From: Bdellovibrionota bacterium
GTDB taxonomy: Bacteria > Bdellovibrionota_C > UBA2361 > OMIW01
Direction of reading: 5' to 3'
DNA length: 28,565 nt
Assembly (NCBI GenBank): GCA_044345055.1
Contig: JBIJBT010000031.1
Span: 1 to 28,565 of the forward strand
This document shows, in pieces, positions 17,524 to 25,910 of the stretch (the first letter of the stretch is position 1; the number at the start of each line of letters is the position of its first letter). The notes under the pieces were generated by a model. It did not search any database, had not been told where the DNA came from, and saw only the letters and a program-made list of their open reading frames with translations. Both the position numbers and the translations under genes were made by a program.

Positions 17524-20500
17524 ATGAGTGATGCGGAAACACCAGATAGGGTTATTCAGATGGATGTGCGTTCAGAGCGAGAAAAAATGAATGACGCAAA
17601 GAGTGGAGTTTCTCGCCGCCGATTTCTTCAGATTTTGGGTGCCTCCTCGGCGGGCGCTGCCCTCGCAGGCTGCGCCGACGACAAGACGCAGCTTTTGAAG
17701 CCGCGAGTAAAAAGTGAAGGGGAAGGTGGACAAATACCGGGTGTACCGGTCTGGTTCAGCTCGACCTGCACCGAATGTTCAGCGGGATGTGGCGTTGCAG
17801 TAAAGAACGTAGATGGCCGAGCGATTAAAGTAGAAGGCGCGTCAGAACACCCGATAAATCGTGGGGGATTGTGTGCTCTCGGTCAATCATCACTCCAATC
17901 TTTGTATGATCCAGACCGTATACGCCAGCCCTTAAAAAGAACGGGAGAAAAGGGGGGAGTCCTCCAGTTTTCGCCTATCTCTTGGGATGAGGCTCTCGGA
18001 TCGGTTGCTGAAGCAATGGCAAAATCGGGTAAGCCGACTGTTTTCCTAACCGGCGAGGTGACGGGTGCTCATGAAGAGCTCTACGGTGAGATAAAGACTG
18101 CCCTGCGCGCTGAACATGTTGTTTATGATTCGATGCAGCCTGTCGAATTAACCAAGGCTTCAGAGGCAGTATACGGAGTCCGTGAGATTCCGCAGTTTCA
18201 GTTCGGTGAAGCAGACTTTATTTTAAATTTTGGGGCGGATTTCCTCGAGACCTGGGTAAGTCCCGTTGAATTCGCAAGAGGTTGGGCGGAGGGGCGTCGT
18301 CGTTCGATTCCCGCAAAGACCATCCACATTGAGCCACGTCTTTCCTTAACAGGTGCTAATGCGGATCTGTGGCTATGTTCCAACCCAGGGAGCGAGGTGC
18401 AGCTGGCTCTGGCTCTCGTGAAGGAGTTAAGCGCTCGTTCTGGCAGGAGGCAGCTCGAGCCGGGACTGCGAACATATGTCGACTCCATCATAAAGGATAC
18501 CTCTCTTCCTGAGGTCGCTGATATATCGGGTATAGCGGCTGACAAGATTGCATTAGTGGCGTCCCAGCTCGCCGATGCAAAAGCTCCGTTAGTGATTGCA
18601 GGGGGCACGGCGGCATCAACCGAGAGGGAATTCGATCTTCAGGTTCTTGTCGCAATTCTTAATCAGATGACCGGTGCCGTTGGTAGAACAGTTCTCGTTG
18701 GGCGCGGTCGTAAGGTGAAATCATCCGCAGAGGATGTGTTAGCTCTCGTCAAGAAACTAAACGATGAAGCGGTTGGAGCGCTAGTTATCGCGGGTACTAA
18801 TCCGGCCTTTAACCTTCCGGGAGATTCCGGTTTCAGCGTAGCGGCCCGAAAGGCAAGAGTAGTTGTAAGTCTGGCGAGCCATCTCGATGAAACTGCTCAG
18901 CTGGCTGACTTTATATTGCCCTCACATACGGGGCTTGAAAGTTGGGGTGTTTTAAATCAACAGCCTGGGATTTACTCCTTGCAGCAGGCAACGATGTCGC
19001 CGGTTTTTGATACCAGGGATATCGGCGACACTCTTCTAGCATTGAGTGCATCACTCTCAGCTCCAATCGCTCGTGGTGGGGAGAAGGGGATTTTTCGAGA
19101 TTTCGTTAAGGCTTATTGGAAAGAGCTCGCTGTTAAGTGGGGCAAATCTTCAGACTTTGAGAAGTTTTGGCACGATTCTCTGGCTCTGGGTGGATTTACC
19201 GAAGTAGTTACAAATGTCGAGGTAACAGCTCCGAAGATTCCGTTTCTCCCGATATCTTTTCCCTCTGTTCGGCTAGGCGATCACCGATCGGATCACGGGG
19301 AGCCAATTGTCTATCCTTTCACTTCAGTAAAGACCTTCGATGGAAGAGCGGCCAATCGACCCTGGTTGCAAGAACTTCCTGACCCGATGACGAGTGCGGT
19401 TTGGGATGCGTGGGTCGAGCTGCATCCTGATACTGCTGCGGCGCTGAATGTAGCAAATGGGCAGATGGTCGCGATTCGGAATCACTACGGTGAGGTGCGC
19501 GCGTCGGTACTCATTACTCCGTATATTGCCAAAGGAGTTGTAGCGATACCTCTAGGTCAAGGTCATCGAGCATACGGAAGATATGCGACTTCGGTCGGGA
19601 AGGGCAGTGTGGTCGATCTTATCGGCATGAAGGATCGTAAGTCAGTTTCTCTTCTTTCTGCGCGAGCAGAAGTTAGTCGAATCCATGAACGACATACCCT
19701 TGTTACTCTTGCGGGTAGCGACTCACAGCACGGTCGAGGGCTTGCCAAAACCACTCTATTAACGGCGGCTGGAGTCGAACGATCTGCTCACGGGGCGCAC
19801 GCTAGTGAGAGTGAAGCTGATTCACTTCATGGATCTCACCATGAGCCCAAGCAGATGTACGAGCAGCGAGAGCATCCATTATATCGCTGGGGAATGGCGA
19901 TAGACTTAGCTGCATGTACTGGTTGTTCGGCGTGTGTTGTTGCTTGCTACGCAGAGAACAATATTCCGACAGTTGGAAAAGAGCTGTGCAGCAAAGGGCG
20001 TGAGATGTCGTGGCTGCGGATCGAGAAATATATCGATACCGAGCCGCATAGCGAGGAATTTACCGTAAACTTCCTCCCGATGATGTGTCAGCACTGCAAC
20101 AACGCGCCGTGCGAGCCAGTCTGCCCTGTTTATGCAACTTACCACAACGAAGAGGGTCTCAATGCGATGGTTTATAACCGTTGCGTAGGAACCCGCTATT
20201 GTTCAAATAACTGCTCCTACAAAGTCCGTCGATTCAACTGGGTTACAATTGACGTTCCGGAACCTCTCTCTTGGCAGATTAATCCGGACGTAACCAAAAG
20301 AACCATGGGGGTCATGGAGAAGTGCACCTTCTGTGTTCAGCGAATTGCTGAGGCAAAGGATAAAGCCAAAGATGAAGGACGGCTCGTTAGGGATGGAGAG
20401 ATTCAGCCAGCATGCGCTCAGAGCTGTCCGACCCAAGCGATCGCGTTCGGGAATCTTAATGATCCAGAAAGTCGGGTCAGTAAACTCAGTAACGATAAAC

Positions 20501-20580
20501 GAGCCTACAAGGTTCTTGATCACCACATCAATACGCAACCTGCGGTAAGCTATCTCAATGATATCAAATACAGGCTGTAG
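17524..20580 (+). CDS. actB: Alternative complex III ActB (molybdopterin-oxidoreductase-like domain fused to an Fe-S domain), Tat lipoprotein
   Basis: SRRRFL Tat motif and LAGC lipobox; LYDPDR; ANRPWLQELPDPMT; CTGCSACVVAC, CQHCNNAPCEPVCP, RCVGTRYCSNNC, EKCTFC, PACAQSCP. The start could be 17587. Confidence 0.93.
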   Translation: MSDAETPDRVIQMDVRSEREKMNDAKSGVSRRRFLQILGASSAGAALAGCADDKTQLLKPRVKSEGEGGQIPGVPVWFSSTCTECSAGCGVAVKNVDGRAIKVEGASEHPINRGGLCALGQSSLQSLYDPDRIRQPLKRTGEKGGVLQFSPISWDEALGSVAEAMAKSGKPTVFLTGEVTGAHEELYGEIKTALRAEHVVYDSMQPVELTKASEAVYGVREIPQFQFGEADFILNFGADFLETWVSPVEFARGWAEGRRRSIPAKTIHIEPRLSLTGANADLWLCSNPGSEVQLALALVKELSARSGRRQLEPGLRTYVDSIIKDTSLPEVADISGIAADKIALVASQLADAKAPLVIAGGTAASTEREFDLQVLVAILNQMTGAVGRTVLVGRGRKVKSSAEDVLALVKKLNDEAVGALVIAGTNPAFNLPGDSGFSVAARKARVVVSLASHLDETAQLADFILPSHTGLESWGVLNQQPGIYSLQQATMSPVFDTRDIGDTLLALSASLSAPIARGGEKGIFRDFVKAYWKELAVKWGKSSDFEKFWHDSLALGGFTEVVTNVEVTAPKIPFLPISFPSVRLGDHRSDHGEPIVYPFTSVKTFDGRAANRPWLQELPDPMTSAVWDAWVELHPDTAAALNVANGQMVAIRNHYGEVRASVLITPYIAKGVVAIPLGQGHRAYGRYATSVGKGSVVDLIGMKDRKSVSLLSARAEVSRIHERHTLVTLAGSDSQHGRGLAKTTLLTAAGVERSAHGAHASESEADSLHGSHHEPKQMYEQREHPLYRWGMAIDLAACTGCSACVVACYAENNIPTVGKELCSKGREMSWLRIEKYIDTEPHSEEFTVNFLPMMCQHCNNAPCEPVCPVYATYHNEEGLNAMVYNRCVGTRYCSNNCSYKVRRFNWVTIDVPEPLSWQINPDVTKRTMGVMEKCTFCVQRIAEAKDKAKDEGRLVRDGEIQPACAQSCPTQAIAFGNLNDPESRVSKLSNDKRAYKVLDHHINTQPAVSYLNDIKYRL

Positions 20581-20590
20581 GAATCCCTCT

Positions 20591-22018
20591 ATGAGTCATC
20601 ACCAGACGCAGCACCAACACACCGAGTGTACTTCATGCGAGGACGCTCACCCCTCTCGGTTTCGAGGGGGAATCGTTCCAACGGAAGCAAAGCCGCTTAC
20701 CTATGAAGAGGTGAATACCACGGTGCTTGCGATGTTAGAGCCGCCGACCTATCGGTGGTGGCTATTCCTTGCACTATGTTTGGCCGCTGTAGCGATCGGC
20801 GGAGTGTCGTGGACTCGACAGATACTCAATGGGATGACCGAAGCTGGTAAGTCTCATCCGGACATGTGGGGTGGATACATCACTACCTTCGTTTTTTGGG
20901 TTGGTATCGCTCACTCCGGCACATTGATTTCAGCCGTACTTTATCTTTTTCGAGCTCATTTTCGAATGCCGATTTATCGACTCGCTGAGGCGATGACGGT
21001 ATTTGCCGTACTCACTGCAGGGCTGTTTCCGTTGATACACCTTGGACGGGTTTGGTACTTCTACTGGCTCATGCCGTATCCGAATGAACGGGCGATTTGG
21101 CCTAATTTCCGTTCTCCTCTTTTGTGGGACGTATTTGCGGTCAGTACATACCTAACGATCTCGAGCACCTTTTTTATCATAGGTCTTATTCCCGATATAG
21201 CTGTCGCTCGCGATGCAGCAAAGACTAAGTTCCGAAAAATTTTGTACGGGATAACATCGCTCGGCTGGTCGGGTAGTCATTCACAATGGAAGCACTATAC
21301 GGCGGCGTATCTCTTCTTTGCCGCTCTTGCAACCCCTCTCGTTGTATCAGTCCACTCGGTCGTTTCGTGGGACTTTGCGATGAGTATTGTGCCGGGTTGG
21401 CATGCAACGATATTCCCACCCTATTTCGTAGCAGGTGCAATATTCTCCGGGATTGCGATGGTTATCACCATCATGGTTCCACTAAGGAAGATTTTCGGCC
21501 TTGAGCGAATCCTTGAGCCAAAGCACTTTGACGCCATGTGCAAGCTAATTTTGCTCACTAGCGGTATTTTGACCTATTCCTATGGGGTAGAGTTTTACAC
21601 CGCCTGGTTCAGCAATAATGAGTTTGAGCGAGCACAGTTCTGGTTTAGGCCATTCGGAGAGGTGGGGGCCGCTTTTTGGGGCATGACTTTCTGTAACTGT
21701 ATTTTTCCACAGCTTCTCTGGATCAAAAAGCTAAGAACGAATATTCCGTTCGTATTCTGCGTGACGATTCTGATTAATATTGGGATGTGGCTCGAACGTT
21801 TCAACATCATCGTTCAGTCTCTTTCGCACGAATACATTCCGTACTCTTGGGGTTGGTACAACTTTTCTTGGGTCGACATTGGGATTGTAATCGGTTCTTT
21901 TGGTTGGTTCGGAATGTGGATGACCCTTTTTGTAAAATTCTTCCCAGCGGTAGCGATAACCGAGATAAAGGAGATTTTACCTGCACCACGCCGTGTAGCT
22001 CAGGGTGGTAATCACTGA
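20591..22018 (+). CDS. actC: Alternative complex III ActC, NrfD/PsrC-type quinol-binding membrane subunit
   Basis: FVFWVGIAHSGTLISA, RLAEAMT, HLGR, PNFRSPLLWD, HSVVSWDFA, WHATIFPPYF, IGMWLERF. ATG 20591 follows the actB stop; the ORF track starts at 20558. Confidence 0.95.
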   Translation: MSHHQTQHQHTECTSCEDAHPSRFRGGIVPTEAKPLTYEEVNTTVLAMLEPPTYRWWLFLALCLAAVAIGGVSWTRQILNGMTEAGKSHPDMWGGYITTFVFWVGIAHSGTLISAVLYLFRAHFRMPIYRLAEAMTVFAVLTAGLFPLIHLGRVWYFYWLMPYPNERAIWPNFRSPLLWDVFAVSTYLTISSTFFIIGLIPDIAVARDAAKTKFRKILYGITSLGWSGSHSQWKHYTAAYLFFAALATPLVVSVHSVVSWDFAMSIVPGWHATIFPPYFVAGAIFSGIAMVITIMVPLRKIFGLERILEPKHFDAMCKLILLTSGILTYSYGVEFYTAWFSNNEFERAQFWFRPFGEVGAAFWGMTFCNCIFPQLLWIKKLRTNIPFVFCVTILINIGMWLERFNIIVQSLSHEYIPYSWGWYNFSWVDIGIVIGSFGWFGMWMTLFVKFFPAVAITEIKEILPAPRRVAQGGNH

Positions 22019-22048
22019 ACAGTAATTGCGAAGTAAGTTTCTGGTAAG

Positions 22049-22072
22049 AGTCCGCACTTTTTTGGGCGGATT
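22049..22072 (+). other. Intercistronic hairpin between actC and actD
   Basis: AGTCCGC-N10-GCGGATT stem with one G.U pair. Confidence 0.35.
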
Positions 22073-22101
22073 AGTGGAGAGAATGAGAGGCTGAGGCACG
22101 A

Positions 22102-22614
22102 ATGAAAGGACCGAAGGCAGTCGTAGGGGTATATACCTTCATCGACGATGCGCTATCTGCGATAGAGTTAGCAAAGACTAGCAATCTGGATTATCGGGTC
22201 TACTCGCCCGTTCCTCATCACGAATTGGAGGAGGCTACTCTTCCAGGAAAAAGTCCCGTTAGATTTCTAACAGGAGCTGGAGCTGTGATGGGCTGTTCTG
22301 CGGGCTTTGCTCTCGCAATCTGGACCTCACTAGACTATCCTCTGAGGGTTAGTGCCAAGGATGTCGTGTCAGTACCAGGTTTTTTTGTTATTGGGTACGA
22401 GTGTACGATTCTTTTCGGCGGTATTTTTACCCTTCTGGCGCTGCTTCATTTTTGCCGATTGCCCAATATTCTGAGAAAAATCGGGTATGATCCCCGTTTC
22501 AGCCAGGATAAATTCGGGGTAGTTATCGGATGTCAAACGGCTATGGTAGATGACCTCGTTGCTCGGCTCCGACAGACCGGTGCGGATGAGATTCAGGTCC
22601 GGGAGGGGCTGTGA
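22102..22614 (+). CDS. actD: Alternative complex III ActD (DUF3341-like)
   Basis: YSPVPHH, two TM helices, DYPLRV..K, P.F..IGYECTILF, YDPRFSQDKF; position in the operon. Confidence 0.9.
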   Translation: MKGPKAVVGVYTFIDDALSAIELAKTSNLDYRVYSPVPHHELEEATLPGKSPVRFLTGAGAVMGCSAGFALAIWTSLDYPLRVSAKDVVSVPGFFVIGYECTILFGGIFTLLALLHFCRLPNILRKIGYDPRFSQDKFGVVIGCQTAMVDDLVARLRQTGADEIQVREGL

Positions 22615-23141
22615 TGAAGGGAATTGTGAGGATATTTTGCAGTGCTCTTGGAACTACGATGATTGTGTCATCGGCAGCTCTTTCATTACCTTTTAATCAG
22701 GACATGGTTGGAACTCAGTATGGCCTAGGTCAGATTATGAGACAAAAGGCAGCTGGGGCAGTCTCGTCCAATGATGCGAAGCGTTTTGTCGGCACTCGCG
22801 AGGAGGCTGCCGCTCTTAAGAATCCAATTGCGCCGTCAATCGAGTCTATTGTTCATGGCAAGCGTAGTTACAATGCAAACTGCTCTCCCTGCCACGGGTC
22901 TTTCGTAGATGGCAAACACATTCCAGGCCCAGTTGGAGCGCGTCTTCCAGCGGTAAATCTTGCTCAGGATTACCTGAAGGTTGTACCCGATTCTCATTTT
23001 TTCCAGTTCATCCATTTTGGCGGTATGGCGATAATGCCGGCATATGGATGGAAGCTCTCCATAACGGAACACTGGGATATTGTAAACTATATTCGTTCGG
23101 TTCAAAGGGGCGAGGGGCTCTCTGAGCAGGCAAAGGATTAG
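22614..23141 (+). CDS. actE: Alternative complex III ActE monoheme cytochrome c
   Basis: DM..Q, NPI, CSPCHG, MPAYG, W.IVNYIRS; TGATG stop/start overlap with actD. Confidence 0.88.
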   Translation: MKGIVRIFCSALGTTMIVSSAALSLPFNQDMVGTQYGLGQIMRQKAAGAVSSNDAKRFVGTREEAAALKNPIAPSIESIVHGKRSYNANCSPCHGSFVDGKHIPGPVGARLPAVNLAQDYLKVVPDSHFFQFIHFGGMAIMPAYGWKLSITEHWDIVNYIRSVQRGEGLSEQAKD

Positions 23142-23153
23142 AAGGTAAGGAAC

Positions 23154-24431
23154 ATGCACGCGGCGGCACCATCAATTGATATCGATAAGGCTATTGAGGC
23201 CAAACCCCTTCGATCTGCGACTGCGCTCAAGGGTTTTCTGTGGTCTGCGGTAACCGTAGGGATAATCACTTTTTTTGCGGGTCTATTATCTGGTAAGGCC
23301 GCCCATGTGTGGTTCTGCTTTTACTGGGCACTTCTCTATTTCATGGGGTTGGCAGCTGGTGGGGTAATGATTTCTGCGATCTTCCAGATTACAAGAGCTA
23401 CCTGGTCGGCATCGATTCGACGACTTACCGAGGCAAATGTGGCATTTTTGCCGGTTGCCTACGTTCTTTTTCTGTCGACCTACCTCGGTCGTGAGTACCT
23501 CTTCCCTTGGGCTCGGACAGCTCGCGCTGGCACTGAGTGGTGGATGCAACCGGGATTTGTTTACGCCCGTATGGCGGTATTACTAGGTTTTCTCTTCTTT
23601 TTTATGTGGCGATTCGTCCGATTATCACTGCGAGGGGATATTGGATTAATTCGCGACCATGCGTCTGATACGAGCCGCTGGCAGACGTTCTTTCACAATA
23701 CAATAACAGAGCGTTGGCGTGGCGTGGCAGTTGAAGTGCCGGAGATTCAGAACAGACTCTCCCAGAGAGCGCCTGCATTGGTTCTTGTCTACGCGCTGGT
23801 TTACTCGCTCTTCGCCTTTGAAATGGTGATGGCGATGGATTATCGCTGGCTTTCAAACCTGTTTGGTGGCTTTCTGTTTATCGGGAACATTTATGGAGCT
23901 TGGGCAGTTCTCATACTTCTGACCCTGTACCACGTCGCAAAGGAGAAAGAGTTTTCCCAATGGGTTTCAACGAACGAGTTGTGGGATCTGGGTAAGCTGA
24001 CCTTCGGGTTTTGTATGGTCTGGGGTTACTTCTTCTTCAGCCAGTTCCTTCCCCAATGGTACGGAAACCTCCCTGAGGAGACCCAATATCTTATTGTTCG
24101 GACCCGAGAGTTTCCATGGAAGGGATGGGCGTGGGTGACGCTTTCAGCTTGCTTTATCGTTCCTTTTATATTGCTTCTAAGCCGTGATTTGAAGAAGACA
24201 CCTCGTTGTATCGGAGCGGTTGCTATAGTAATTCTGTGTGGGCTTGCGATGGAGCGGTATATTCTAGTTATGCCGCAGCTTTCTCCAGGTTCAATTCCGT
24301 TCGGAATTAGCGAAATTGGCATATTTCTCGGCTTTCTTGGTGCCTATGGTCTGTCGCTTCAGGCGTTTCTAGGTGCTGTTCCCCCAGTAATCGTATCCTC
24401 GCCGTTGGCTCGGGGTAGTGCGGATTGGTAA
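23154..24431 (+). CDS. actF: Alternative complex III ActF membrane subunit
   Basis: Multi-TM; W....RRL.EA, W.SNLFG, DLGKLTFGF..WGYFFFSQFL..WYGNLPEET. Confidence 0.9.
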   Translation: MHAAAPSIDIDKAIEAKPLRSATALKGFLWSAVTVGIITFFAGLLSGKAAHVWFCFYWALLYFMGLAAGGVMISAIFQITRATWSASIRRLTEANVAFLPVAYVLFLSTYLGREYLFPWARTARAGTEWWMQPGFVYARMAVLLGFLFFFMWRFVRLSLRGDIGLIRDHASDTSRWQTFFHNTITERWRGVAVEVPEIQNRLSQRAPALVLVYALVYSLFAFEMVMAMDYRWLSNLFGGFLFIGNIYGAWAVLILLTLYHVAKEKEFSQWVSTNELWDLGKLTFGFCMVWGYFFFSQFLPQWYGNLPEETQYLIVRTREFPWKGWAWVTLSACFIVPFILLLSRDLKKTPRCIGAVAIVILCGLAMERYILVMPQLSPGSIPFGISEIGIFLGFLGAYGLSLQAFLGAVPPVIVSSPLARGSADW

Positions 24432-24453
24432 AAGGGGAGAGTAAGTCGGGTCC

Positions 24454-24503
24454 CTAGTGCTTAGTTGATAAAGTAATATTTGTTCTTATCAATCAAGCAC
24501 TAG
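24454..24503. terminator. Long imperfect hairpin between convergent actF and alr
   Basis: CTAGTGCTT-AG-TTGATAA ... TTATCAA-TC-AAGCACTAG; overlaps the alr stop codon. Confidence 0.55.
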
Positions 24504-25720
24504 TCAACAAGTACCCGAGGTAGAATAGGACTAATACGGGTCGTCACCTCGTACGGAATTGTATCGGTAATTACGGCGTGGTCCTCTGGAGTAATCATCT
24601 CACTGCCCTGAGAGCCGATTAGTACGACGTCGGCACCTGAGGAAGGAATTCCTAAGTCCGATAAATCAACAACAGCCATATTCATAGATATCCGCCCCAA
24701 AATTGGGCGGCGGATCCCATCTATGAGAACATATCCCCCTTTTTGATACGTTCGTGGAAGGCCGTCCCCATATCCTTGCGGAATAAGTCCAAGCATCATC
24801 GGCCGTTTGCTCCGAAAGGTTCCTCCGTAACCGATAGGGAAATCGGCCGGAATTTTCTTTACTTGCGCTAGGGTGCTGTGCCAAGAAAGGCACGGCCTCA
24901 GGTGGTAGCCTTGTTGCTCGGCGTGGGCTTTTACGGATGGTGATGGCCACATGCCATAGACAGACAAACCTGGTCGGATAACCCGTTGATATGGGTTCAG
25001 AGTGTCAAATCTCCACAATCCACTACTCGCAAAAAGGTGGCATTCAAGATCTTGGCAGTGAGCTGCTTCGATAACAGAGCTTAGTAATTTTTGTTGTGCT
25101 AGAGATATTGAGAGATCGGGATCCTCATCGGCGCAGGAAAAATGACCATAAATGCCAAGTAATTCGATACCCTTTGATTGCCGAAGATACTGGATAACGA
25201 CTGGCGCGTCGGCTGGTGAGATTCCCTCTCGACCGAACTGCAGATCGATCGCAAGAAAGGCCTTCAGCACTTCACCTCTTTCTAAAGCCCATGACAAACA
25301 GCTACGAGCATGATCCTCGTCAAAAAGTGAAAGAACACCTTTAGCCTCAACCACCACATCTAGCTCTGCAGGCGATACGTAGCCGAGCAGTTCGATCGGC
25401 TTCTTAGTCATTGTTCGCAATTCGAATAGCTCTCTGGAATCGTCGATAAGATAGCGATCAACAAGGTCATCAATTCCTGAAACAACCTCTCTAACCCCAT
25501 GACCATAGGCATTCGATTTAACCGGAATTGCGAGCTTAGTCTTCGGCCCGATTTTCGATCGAATAGTTTCAATGTTGCTGCGCAGCGCACTTCGAGAGAT
25601 AGCGATAAATGAGTGAAAACATTTGAGGCATGGTGGTGATGATGTGATCATTTTTCCATTTGAGATCGGCGCTGTTTTATTCGTTGAGGAGCTAAAGGTG
25701 TGCCTCACGTGATTGGTCAT
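24500..25720 (-). CDS. alr: Alanine racemase
   Basis: PLP-lysine motif VKSNAYGHG, HFSCAD, RPGLSVYG, IGYG (catalytic Tyr), GYGDG, GRISMN, TIPYEV. The real start may be ATG 25651. Confidence 0.92.
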   Translation of the reverse strand: MTNHVRHTFSSSTNKTAPISNGKMITSSPPCLKCFHSFIAISRSALRSNIETIRSKIGPKTKLAIPVKSNAYGHGVREVVSGIDDLVDRYLIDDSRELFELRTMTKKPIELLGYVSPAELDVVVEAKGVLSLFDEDHARSCLSWALERGEVLKAFLAIDLQFGREGISPADAPVVIQYLRQSKGIELLGIYGHFSCADEDPDLSISLAQQKLLSSVIEAAHCQDLECHLFASSGLWRFDTLNPYQRVIRPGLSVYGMWPSPSVKAHAEQQGYHLRPCLSWHSTLAQVKKIPADFPIGYGGTFRSKRPMMLGLIPQGYGDGLPRTYQKGGYVLIDGIRRPILGRISMNMAVVDLSDLGIPSSGADVVLIGSQGSEMITPEDHAVITDTIPYEVTTRISPILPRVLVD

Positions 25721-25910
25721 ATCAAAGCTGTAGAGCCTCTGCTAAAAGCAGCGGATATTAGGCAAATGACCTCTGTAGTTTTAAGGTAAAGAGTTAAGCC
25801 TAAAATTAACAAAGATATGGAACGGCGTGTTAGGCTGAGTACGCTGCGTGATGCGTTAAGTACTACCGCGTGAGCGGGGAACTACCTCTTTTGGGAGCAT
25901 TTAGTAAAAA

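Noticed and set aside
17524..22018. Polysulfide/tetrathionate reductase or Qrc assignment
   Set aside because: The fused B subunit plus ActD, ActE and ActF in canonical order fit ACIII better.
24465..24496. FNR-like TTGAT/ATCAA half-sites
   Set aside because: Spacing is far greater than 4 nt and the site lies between convergent stops; explained by the hairpin.
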